Shown piece by piece: positions 1 through 10,212 of a stretch of 64,000 nt of DNA. The notes under the pieces were generated by a model. It was not told the DNA's origin. It searched no databases and saw only the letters and a program-made list of their open reading frames with translations. This stretch comes from Trypanosoma brucei (Eukaryota), in NCBI GenBank assembly GCA_000002445.1, contig CH464491.1, positions 1,728,001-1,792,000 on the forward strand. The letters are read 5' to 3'. The position numbers and the translations under genes were made by a program. The stretch's first letter is position 1. Each line of letters opens with the position of its first letter.

Positions 1-805
1 GAACAAAAAAAGAGAGGAAATGAAATGAAATGAAATTATTATGAAACGAAGGGATGCAGTAAAGAAGAAAGAGGTGACACACAGCAACTCAAATAAGCAA
101 CCGAATTGAACTCAGCCGTCACCACCGGTACCGCTTCTGCTAGTCTTAATATATATAACTCCCTCTCTGTTCTTCTCTAACGCTACATTTTACCTTCTCC
201 CTAATAACTAGCGGCCTTTGAACTAAATCCGTGCATCTGCCTTCATTCTCCACTTCACCTGCGGGTCCCATCATTGTTACATATCATAATGGCGCCAAAC
301 CTAAAAACAAAGCGACATTTTATTCTTTTTTTTTTTTAGCCTCTTCTTTTCCCTTTCACCACCATCCTCATCTTCATTTTTCCTTTTTCGTTTCCTGCAA
401 CAGACACATATAAGTGCCAACACAACAACCAGCAGATGAGCGGAAATACAGGGGAAAGATTGGTATGGGTGTGCAAGCACGGTCTTATTGTTATTTAACT
501 TTCACTTATAATATTCTCCAAGGAGTATCGATGCGCAAAGCTCATAGCTCCATTACAACAATATACCGCATGTCCCACTCACTATTTACACCCAAATAAA
601 TAAGTAGCCACACATATTTTGTTTTCTTCATTATCACTCTTTCTTCCGTCACGAAGCCATATCAATCTCTCTTTTCTCTCTTTTCATTTCTGGGACCTTT
701 CATAACACTCAAGGAAGAGATGGTGGAGCCAACGAGAAAAGTATTTAAAAAAAACAAAAAAAAGGATGATCAAAATGCTATGGAAATGTCATGCGGTTCA
801 CAACA

Positions 806-816
806 CCCCCCCCCCC
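806..816. repeat. C11 homopolymer
   Basis: Directly visible as a ccccccccccc run. Similar C11 runs occur at 4137-4147, 26958-26968 and 45299-45309, and a G9 run at 9841-9849. All are intergenic. Confidence 0.9.
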
Positions 817-1309
817 ATCATCCTGCACCAGCGCAAGCACGCGACAAGCGTACAAAACAATTCCTTTTTTAAAAAAAAAAGGAAAGACGGCTGTTTCTAT
901 TAGTATACGCTCAAATATACATATTCCCTGCACCAGCGCTAAATAAATGTCGTCTTAGGGGAAAAGGAAGTGGTTCGAGGGAGAGAAGAGAAAAGCAAAC
1001 GCATCCCTTCCGTTACATGTTCAACTGATGCGAAAGAGAAAAATATCTTCCTCCAGCGCGATGGGCACCTCTTATTTCGTCTATATTTGTTCCTGCTTAC
1101 CCCTCGTTAGCTCCTCCTCCTCCTCCTTACCGCAACTCTCTCACACACACCAAAGGGGGAAAAAACACGAGAAGAAGAAAAAAAAAGAGGTCGGCAGGTC
1201 AACACTCTCCTTTCCTCTCCGCACACACACACACACACGCGCCACTGTTGTGTCACGGGGAAATCGAGAGCGTAAACCAAGTCACTGTAGAGACGTTTAT
1301 TCCAAATAA

Positions 1310-1640
1310 GTCACATTCACCTCCCACTTCTCAGTGCTTCATCCTTTTTTTTGTTTGTTTTAGCCTGTATTACCTTTCCTTCCTCTCCTGGAAACCTCCT
1401 ACCACAAGCACATCCCCCGCCTCCTCTTAACAATCAATGTACTTTCATTTAGCAATCTTTCTTTTTCTCTTGTTCCTTCTTTTCCTCACATTTTTCTTTC
1501 ATATTTCTTACTTTCCCCTCCCTCCATCCCTCTCCTCCCACCTCCGGATTGCTCTCATTCTTCAACCCGATGGCATTGGCAACGCTTCCATTTACCTTCC
1601 ATTTCATCTAAACACTCCTCTCTACCAAACACACAAATAA
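1310..1640. repeat. ~330-nt homopyrimidine (CT-rich, + strand) / homopurine (minus, transcribed strand) tract in the 3' flank of SEC61
   Basis: More than 85% C/T on the + strand by inspection (ttccttcctctcctgg...ttcccctccctccatccctctcctcccacctcc). On the minus strand this reads ...GGAGGTGGGAGGAGAGGGATGGAGGGAGGGG..., which contains four or more G-runs. Confidence 0.85.
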
Positions 1641-1719
1641 TGCGACAGCGTTCACTAGTTTTGACGTTCAAACATCACCTATATTCCGCTTTCTGCCGCT
1701 TCATCTTCCTTACTTCCCC

Positions 1720-3165
1720 TCACGCAACCTTCCGCTTGATAAAGTTGTAGCCCAGATCTTCTCCTTCCTCACGTAAGATATCATAATACTGGTTAATCAT
1801 TGTAACGGAAAGCAAAACACCCGTGCCGCTACCAATAGCACCAAGGAAGTCAGCAAAAAGTGTAAGCGCACCAACACATAGGCCACCAAAGCTAGCGGCA
1901 ACGGGAATGTACTTCTCAAGTAAACGTGCCATATCCTCCTCACTCTCGCGCGCCTGCGCCAGCCACCGTCCCTCTGAAACGAGGCGCTTAGCCACATCAC
2001 GCGGTCCCGTGTGGCTGATGGCCACCCACAGTTTAGAGAAGGTGGCACATGAGAAGAGAATGAAGACAATATACAGCACAGCGTGGACGGGGTCGTTGAT
2101 CATGTCGTAAAAAGTAGAAGGAGCTGTAAGATAGTACGCAAGTCCGCCAACAGGGTACATTTGCCCGCTCTGGCTATAAGCCCGTGACTCCCAACGACCG
2201 AGAAGGTTGATGAGGAAGTTGAACTGACCGAAGCGGCGCGAAAGGATCTGCGAAAAGAAGTTGATGTTGGACACCACACTGGTCTGCAGAATGATGGGCA
2301 TATTACTTGTATAGAAGAGTTTGATGATGTACGGCTGGCGGTCGGCAGCAGCGTTTCGGGACTTCGTCATAAGAGGGACGCGGAAACCTTGGAGGAACAC
2401 CACCACAGCGAAGAGTAAAACAGTCGCAAACACGTTGGTCAGGTTTGGCAACTGAGGGCGGTAAAACGCTTCCTTGAGAGCGCGCACCTTGTCTGTGCGA
2501 GTGACCAATAAGTGAAAGAATGCAATGATAGCACCTTCAAATTCCGAACCGCGACCTGTGTTGATAGTGGAAGGGGAGAAGCACTTCCAAATAATGGTGT
2601 CACAGATGTTGGTAGCAATGAATAAAGACGTCCCTGCGCCAAGTCCCCAGCCATTCTGCAGCAACTCGTCAAGAAGAATGCAAACCATCGTGGCAAATGT
2701 CAGCTGAAGAACAATTAGTCCACACATGAAGACACCAATCTCCCGTACGTCACCGTACATGCCAGACGAAACATATGCAGTGGCCTCCACTATAGTGATG
2801 AAGAGGGCCACAATCTTCTGCACACCCTCATACACTGCACGTTCCCGCTTGTTGTTAATGTCGTAACTTATGATCCTCACGCCAACGAGTAATTCCATGA
2901 CCAATGAGGCGGTAACAATAGGTGAGATACCGAGCTCCATGAGTGTTCCCTTATTACTGGCCAGGACGACACGCATCCAATAAAATGGGTCACTTGCTTG
3001 GCCGGGACGGGCTCCAAACACGGGCACTTGGCAACAAACCAGGAATATGAACAATGCCACAAAAGTCCACATGATGCGCTCCCTAATGGGGACAACACGT
3101 AACGGAGTGGCCACCTCTGGCAGGAAGGCCAATATGGGACTCATCTTCATGAGGATGTCGGTCAT
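1720..3165 (-). CDS. SEC61: Sec61 alpha / SecY-family protein translocation channel subunit (481 aa)
   Basis: Start codon confirmed as ATG (cat at 3163-3165 on the + strand). The translation is multi-pass hydrophobic throughout, and its N-terminus (...[10 protein letters not shown]...[21 protein letters not shown]) aligns by eye with the eukaryotic Sec61alpha N-terminus (...ILPEI...[20 protein letters not shown]). The length is typical for Sec61alpha. Confidence 0.9.
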   Translation of the reverse strand: [481 protein letters not shown]

Positions 3166-3940
3166 CTTCTATGCAATTACCACTGTCAGTTGTTTGCTTG
3201 ATGCTACGCTTTTTAATCTTATTATATATCCCCCTTTTCCAAGGAACAAAAGAAAAAGGATCAACCAAAGCAGTCCGGCTTCCCTTCCTTTTTCGGGGGT
3301 AGACCTTTTTAAAAAAAAAAATTATTTCGGGTTTTATTTCACTTCACAATAGCTTTCTTCCTATTCTGTGTAGGGGGGATTATTATTTATTTATTTTGAA
3401 AAGAAAGAAACAGCAACAAAAAAGGAAAATGCAGGCATTGGGGAAACGGAGTGGTGAGAGACAAACGCGCATGCACGCACAGAAATGCAAAAAAAAAAAA
3501 TGAACGCAGCCCAGTGAGTTAAGGGCCACAAAAAATTTTAAAGGAAACAAAACGACTGTAGTGGGGCATCCACATCCGTGCGGCAAATCATCAGAAAATA
3601 AGAAGATTCACCTTGTTATAGGACGGAGATCATCCGAAGGAAGTTTAAGGAATTGAATAGATAAATAAAAGGTAAGGGTAGAGAGAAAGGAAGTAGAAAA
3701 TGGAGTGAAATCATTGAGGGGGGAGCCGCACACAACATAATAATATGAAGACTTGGTGAGCAATGTAAGTAAGTTCATATTAATTGGGTTGACGCATGCA
3801 TGAAGTAAATAAATGAGATCAAAATATTCCTTTTACAACAACTCAAACTTACGTCACGCACATTACTCGGTACTCAAAACGGTGGGGACCTCTCAAAACC
3901 CGCGCACTGGGTGATTCCTCACTCCTCGAGATCGGTATAT

Positions 3941-3998
3941 ATATATAATTTAAATATATTAAGTGTATTAAGTATATTAAATATATTAAATATATAGG
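3941..3998. repeat. AT-rich low-complexity region with degenerate TATTAA(R)T repeats
   Basis: tatatatatataatttaaatatattaagtgtattaagtatattaaatatattaaatata lies in the 2.3-kb intergenic region between SEC61 and the RRM-protein gene. Confidence 0.8.
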
Positions 3999-5475
3999 CA
4001 GACACGAAAGTCACAAAACGTTTAAAAAAATAAAGATAGAGTTATGGCGTGTATATATGTATAAATGAGTAGATACGGATGGAGAAAGAAGAGGAAAGTA
4101 CCTGTTGGTGTCGAGGGGTTGAAAGCGCGGAAATAACCCCCCCCCCCTCCCGAAAATATTAATTAGGAAGCCAATAAAAATAAATCAAAAAACAATGCGA
4201 AAGAAGCCTGAGAAAAAAAAAAAAGTAAAGGGAGGGGATACCAGCAATACACGAGTCCCTCAATTCTCCTCTTCTCCTCACGATTATTAATCCCGTGTTG
4301 TTGCCATTCCTGTGGCTTTCCCTTCCGGTGAACGCATATAAGTCTTTGTGAGGTTAAGAGCGGTAATTAAAAGGCACCCGACTTCCATAGTGAGTACAGT
4401 AAACAAACCAAAAAAAAGAGAAAGGTACACAAATAAACGAAACAGTTATAAGAAAGAAATTAATGACGGAGCGAAATCGTGGGCCGAGCTTCCGGGAGTC
4501 CACATACGCTAACGTGTGCTACCGCACGGGACACCGGAAGTTAAGTACGTAGTGTGACGAAAAATGCGGTGAAAAGGAATATTAAAACAGCGACCAACAT
4601 AAAAGGTAGATGAGGAAGAAGGAAAACAAAACAACGAATGAAATTTACGCAGATATATGAAACTCGCACCTAACAAATAATAATTAATGCTATGAGGGAG
4701 GGAAATGAATACGTGATGAAAGAGCGAAATATAAAGGAGATGCACGTTACCTTGTGAAGGGCTAACCCAGCGACCAGAGGCAAAAACGTTAACGCTACAA
4801 GTGCTTTAATTTGAAAACGCTTTAAATGTTGCTGATATTGCTTGTCTTCTTTGCTACTCCTTTCCTCTCACCTTTGGTTGCCCCTTCTTTTCCCACTTCC
4901 GTAACCCCTTTCCACATTTCTCTGCCAACCCAAGTTGGCATTCCCATCCCATCATTTGCTACCGCCCCTTAGTCCGTGGTTCAAAAAAGAGGAAAATGAA
5001 ACAGGGCGAAAACACAACATAAGCCAACACCACGAAGAACAAATAAATTAAGCGCATAGCGGTCGTGCATCAGCATTACCAATTAACTGTGGAAAGATAA
5101 GGAAGTGAATTGAAGTTTGTCAAAAGGAATAATTCCTTTTTTAAAAAAAAAGCGGATAGATTTAGAATGACAGTAAAAAAAAGATAGTAGTAACAAAATG
5201 TACGGTGGTAGGTATAAGTCCGTAAAATGGGTCGAAACGCATGAGCGGTAACTCATGCTCATCCCCGACGTGTGGAAACGAAGGAGGAACAATTCCTTTC
5301 ACATTATCCGCAACAATCTACGGTTATATCTGCTGACCAAAAAGCGGCAACAGCAAAGATTGGTTCGCTTTAGTTATTTAAATTTCCGTCGTAACACGTG
5401 CACACAAGCTTCCTCATCTCGCTAATTAAACTCCTTCCCCTCTCCCGCTCCCTCCATGTGTATGCCTGTGGCTGC

Positions 5476-7212
5476 TCAACAGCACCTTACTTCTTTTTTC
5501 CCTTGAGGAGGGCGCGCTTGCCGAGTATCCTCACGGGCAAACTGTACACTGACGAATTTTCGTAGCACCGGTTGCTGGCGCAGCCACCGCAGGCACTGAA
5601 GGGCGTCCACGGGCCGATCGAAGCGTACAAAAGCGCTCCACCGCGAAAATCCCACGTACGAACGGAAGCCGGCGAACCGCTCCGAATAAAAGTCTTGGCT
5701 CAATATCATTGACATCAGAGTTTCGGCGTTGTCACCATCCGGTACACGAGAAGCACTCGTGGAAACAGTGGTCGCAGTCGTTGAGGCCGTTGCGACTTCT
5801 TCATCCGGTGATGTGGCTGTGGAGCCGACTTGGTTGTTTGGTGACTCAGGTGAACTGGGTTCAGGTGGGTACGCCGGTTGAGGTGACGCGCGGTGACGAT
5901 GGTGGAACTGCGACCACCATTCATACAGAAGCTCCAGAGGATGCGGCTCCCTCCTCTCATCACACTGCCGTGCGTATGCAGACAACCTCCCTCCTCTCCC
6001 AGTCAGTGAGGGTGAGGGTGGGCCCAACGAGGTGGTGGGGGACAAACAATGCGGTGGTCCAGAAGATGTGCCACAAGGCTGCGAGTCGTTCCCAGATGAG
6101 GACCCACCCCGGGCACCCGTAACCCTGACGAACAGTGTGCTGCTGGGCAGCAACTCATCTTTAATCAAGGTCGGTGTAGCAACAAGCCCAGAAGAGCTGC
6201 CTGGCATGAGTTTCTCATCCTGAAGAGTCGCGCGGACGTCATATGGTGGGGTGCCCCTCTCCCAGTCACCTCGGCTCGGAAGGGGAACCTCATGCACGCG
6301 ATGTGAAGGAATTTGTGAAACCCCACCTCGTGCAGCTTCCGCGGCACTAAACAAGCACTCGAGGTTTCCACCAGCACCGCCACAATGAGTGCTGGGGACA
6401 CCATAACACTGTGAGAGATGGTGATGCGTGTAAACGGGTGCTCGCGGTACTGTGGAATGGTTCGATTTGCCGGTGGGAGGACCGGCACCACGTGAACCCG
6501 GTGGTGGAGGTCCTAACTGTGGTTGCCACCCTACAGTCCCTGTTGGTACGAGGTGAAGGGCAGCAGCGGGATCAGTGTTGCCGCTCGTGCTGTGGGGCGC
6601 CACCAAATAATTCGGAGGGTGAACTGACGGCGGCGGGGAAAGGTACTTTGGCCGGCACGCGGGGCTGCTCAGGGACCATTCCGCAATAAGAATCACGCTG
6701 TTAAGCAATAACTCAGTGGATCGAACGGGATCGGCCTCACAACAATTATACTCCTCATATGGAACGGGGTAGCGGAATCGAGACTGTGTTGGCGCCCACG
6801 TGGATGAGCTAACCTTTGAGCAGTCATACGCAATTTGGGCTGTTACAGCCACCTTTTGAAACCACCTCAACGCACGCAAAGCAAAGTCACCAGTCTCGTA
6901 TTCAGCGAAACCGACATCCCGACCCCCACTACGTTTCACACGCAGCTCAATAAGCCCCTCCCCCGGTACATATGGCAGTAGACGCAACCCGTTGTCAATA
7001 GTCAGTGGTAAATTTGTGATAAATATTGTACGCCTGAGAGGAGGTCGGTGCTCCCGCGATGGGGTTGGTGGCATGTGTCTTGAATACTCCTGACAGTGGC
7101 CCGGACACGGAGGCCCATGTGGCAACGGAGGCCCCTCGGGTGCTGCCATTCCAACCTGTTGGTGGGAGGGCAACTGGCCAGCCCCATAGTAGTGGTACAA
7201 CCTCGGACGCAT
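5476..7212 (-). CDS. RNA-binding protein with RRM-like domains at both ends, separated by a long Pro/Gly/Ser-rich low-complexity region (578 aa)
   Basis: ATG confirmed at 7210-7212. The N-terminal segment TIFITNLP...VGFAEYET resembles the RNP2/RNP1 motifs of an RRM. The C-terminal segment FAGFRSYVGFSRWSAFVRFD...LRKFVSVQFARED is a second RRM-like region. The middle is Pro-rich and low in complexity. Confidence 0.6.
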   Translation of the reverse strand: MRPRLYHYYGAGQLPSHQQVGMAAPEGPPLPHGPPCPGHCQEYSRHMPPTPSREHRPPLRRTIFITNLPLTIDNGLRLLPYVPGEGLIELRVKRSGGRDVGFAEYETGDFALRALRWFQKVAVTAQIAYDCSKVSSSTWAPTQSRFRYPVPYEEYNCCEADPVRSTELLLNSVILIAEWSLSSPACRPKYLSPPPSVHPPNYLVAPHSTSGNTDPAAALHLVPTGTVGWQPQLGPPPPGSRGAGPPTGKSNHSTVPRAPVYTHHHLSQCYGVPSTHCGGAGGNLECLFSAAEAARGGVSQIPSHRVHEVPLPSRGDWERGTPPYDVRATLQDEKLMPGSSSGLVATPTLIKDELLPSSTLFVRVTGARGGSSSGNDSQPCGTSSGPPHCLSPTTSLGPPSPSLTGRGGRLSAYARQCDERREPHPLELLYEWWSQFHHRHRASPQPAYPPEPSSPESPNNQVGSTATSPDEEVATASTTATTVSTSASRVPDGDNAETLMSMILSQDFYSERFAGFRSYVGFSRWSAFVRFDRPVDALQCLRWLRQQPVLRKFVSVQFAREDTRQARPPQGKKEVRCC

Positions 7213-7474
7213 GACGCTCTTTCCCTACAGCACGGCTATTTAATTTAGCTCAAGTCCTTTGCGAACCGTCTCTCCCCCACCCCCTACTCGCCCTCGCCCT
7301 CCCCGGTGTTCCTCGGCCGGTCGAACAAAAAAAGGTGACCGTTATAAGTTGTGATCCCACGCTTACAAACACGAGCAGCAGCGCCCAAAGCGATGTTGAC
7401 CCGAGGCAATGAACAATAACACCAAGCAACAGACGTGTAAATTAATTAACTGCAGTAATTATCCCTGTTCAACC

Positions 7475-7482
<8 letters not shown>

Positions 7483-7520
<38 letters not shown>
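7483..7520. repeat. (GT)19 dinucleotide microsatellite in an intergenic region
   Basis: Directly visible at 7483-7520 as an uninterrupted gtgt... run. It lies between the RRM-protein gene and the next upstream gene. Confidence 0.95.
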
Positions 7521-7524
<4 letters not shown>

Positions 7525-8293
7525 CGCTGCTATATAGGGAACCAGGAGGAGGAAAGGCAATGGACCTTCGCTATATGCGGTAAACAAACGGTGGCCGGAG
7601 CTTATATGCTTATATATATATTCACAAATGTGTGTGAAATATCTCCTCTGTGCGTACGTGTGCTTGAATAAAAAAACAAGGAATAGTAGGGGTGTTGCAA
7701 ACCAGCTGGAGCGAAGCGTCAGACGACGTAGTTACGGCCGCTCCAGAGTAACTTGAACGGTGCACACCACGCTCACAACAACAACGGTAAAAGAACCAAC
7801 ATCTACCCCTTCTCCTCCCTACGGATAGACACCATAACTAAAGTCACCGCCTCCCAGCATTCCTACAGACAAAAAATAAAATATAATAACATCCCTAAAC
7901 TCAAAACGACGTACGCTGAACCGTCAAATCCACGAGTGCCTGAGTCCGCCATGGTGCACTTCTTACCGAACGACGAACGTTCTCGCCACAATGGCCACGG
8001 TTTCCCTCCTTGTAGAGTCAGCTCCCGACGGCATAACCTCTCCACAAACCGCCACAACTTCCCCCCTTTCTCACAAATGCAACCATGCACTCTCCGGTAC
8101 CTAAGGACAGGAAAACAAGAGGCGGCGGTACCCCACACTCGCACAAACACCAACCTTTGCAGTTCAAAACGGAAGAAATGAGGTGATGCCTAAGGGTACC
8201 ACAAGCACAGAGGCAACGCTCCAAACAGGTTGTACAAATCACTCCACTCTAAATCAGGCACACTACGTCGCGGTACGAAGAATCTTTGGCACG

Positions 8294-9103
8294 CTAAAGT
8301 GCAGAAACCACCGCCCTAGGGTTCTTCGAAGCAGCCGCCTCCACCTTGTCGGCCTCACTCGACAAGCCAAGCTCTCGTAACTCCTGCGCTACAGCTAGCG
8401 CAACTGACTTGAAACTGTGCCCAGCAGATATTTTCCCACCTTCAACTGTATGGTAAACGCGGCTTACACCACCAACGACTCCCGCGAAAGCCAGTTCAAT
8501 TTGTTCTGTTGCTGCCACATCATTCAACAGCACCACTCCGAGTGATTCGGGGTTCACGATCAACTGATTTGCCACGGAGGCCGTTCCAACCACCTCAGTG
8601 GTTAATCCCGCCGACTCGATTGTCTCCGTTGAAATCTTTTTAAATAACTCGTTGATGCAATTGTGCTTACTTGCCTGCTTCACGACCAGCACGATGCGTT
8701 TCACTCCCTTCGCCTTTGCCTTCCCAACAGCAACCTCTGCGCTCTTCTTGAAGGCCTCCGTGGCAGACCTCACCTCCTCTTTGGTGTCAATCCCAGCAGA
8801 AGCGTAAACGTCAAGAGCGTCCCGTAACTGCACGGAGTCGGGTGCAGCACGGGGAAGGACTGCGCGCACAACAACAGTTGACACACCAGAAAAAAGAGGG
8901 TCCTGAGCCGACTTGGGGGCCTCCGTCACGGCAGTGTGCACACCGATTGGAGTTTCTGGCCCAACAACGACGGCATGGCGACCAGCTTCCTTCGCTGTTT
9001 TGGTCTGCACACGACCGCCCGCAACCTTACTGACGATAGCACTGGCTGACTGCAGGACGGCAGCAGTGGCGCCCGCTGATATAAACGTTAGTTGCTTCGA
9101 CAT
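8294..9103 (-). CDS. hypothetical protein (269 aa from the first ATG); C-terminal half weakly resembles the isocitrate/isopropylmalate dehydrogenase-fold signature region
   Basis: The ORF-track start at 9112 is a TTG (caa on +). The first ATG is at 9101-9103, giving MSKQLTF.... The segment LGVVLLNDVAATEQIELAFAGVVGGVSRVYHTVEGGKISAGHS loosely recalls the IDH/IMDH motif N-L-[FY]-G-D-I-L-S-D...G-S-[LA]-G...[YF]-E-P-V-H-G-S-A-P-D-I-A-G. The protein is too short for a full enzyme of that family. Confidence 0.5.
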   Translation of the reverse strand: MSKQLTFISAGATAAVLQSASAIVSKVAGGRVQTKTAKEAGRHAVVVGPETPIGVHTAVTEAPKSAQDPLFSGVSTVVVRAVLPRAAPDSVQLRDALDVYASAGIDTKEEVRSATEAFKKSAEVAVGKAKAKGVKRIVLVVKQASKHNCINELFKKISTETIESAGLTTEVVGTASVANQLIVNPESLGVVLLNDVAATEQIELAFAGVVGGVSRVYHTVEGGKISAGHSFKSVALAVAQELRELGLSSEADKVEAAASKNPRAVVSAL

Positions 9104-10212
9104 TCCGGGCAAAATGAAACTTCCCTCTCTCTTTTGTGCCTCGGTTTGTGAGCGAGCTCGTAAATTACCAACTAAAGAGGGGGGAAATGGAGAAAATTAA
9201 CAGATAAAAGAAAAAAATAGCACGTTCATCTTTCGGATAGTTAGTTCAACACCGGGCAAGCGCGGTGCAAAAGCAGGGAGACAAATACATAGGTGGAGAA
9301 GTCAAGTCAGCACACTGCAACACGGTTTTTTTATTTTTTTTGTTTTGCCACTGGCGAAACGTCACCCTACACTTATCAGGCGATTTACCAACTCCCGCGT
9401 CACACCCCACGCCTCAGTGGTGAAAAGAGTGGAGGGAGTTCTTTGAATCCCACCGCACTCACCCACCGACTGCGCTGCTTTGGCAGCTTAAGAAAAAAGG
9501 AAAAGAAATGCATAGCGGCTGCATCGCGGACCCGCGGGATGCACGCACTGTGGGAATTGGCCTCGAAAGAAGCGAAAAAAAAGTGCAAAAGGGGTCCCTT
9601 GGGCGCGGAACATCTACGACATCAGGACGCACTACAAGGCAATAAGGAGCGACTGTTTATATGCTATGAACTCCTCGTTCCTCCAATGTCCCTTCTCAAG
9701 ACCCCAACTCACCTGCGATAACACGCCCCTACATGTGCAAAATTATTGGTACCCAGCTGGAGTTTACTCCGCTCCCTAGTTAAGCAATCCCGTCACTGTT
9801 CTCCCAAATGTGGTAGACGCAGAGAAAAATCAAGCAATGAGGGGGGGGGATTAGCTGCAATATTTATTGGGAATGTTCCGAGGCGAACCGCCTTTCTTTG
9901 GCATAGAGCGGCCAACTAGGGTCGGTAGACCAAGGCAAACCACTCAATCAACAGATGCATGTAGGGGCACGTGAAGAAAAATTGACTTCGAGCCCCATAA
10001 ACTTTTTCTTAACATAAGCAACTGCAATCGTCGAACTAAATCAGCCCCACGAATGGAAATAAAGTGGATAAGGGTATTCCTCCAATACACGACGCTGTTC
10101 GTGCAAACTTGCTGCGGGGAGGGAAGTTTCTGTTACATATGCTGGGAAACCTCCCAAGCGCTTCGGCAAGAGTTCCAAGGTGGTTCAGCGATACCCCCAC
10201 GACAAATACCTG

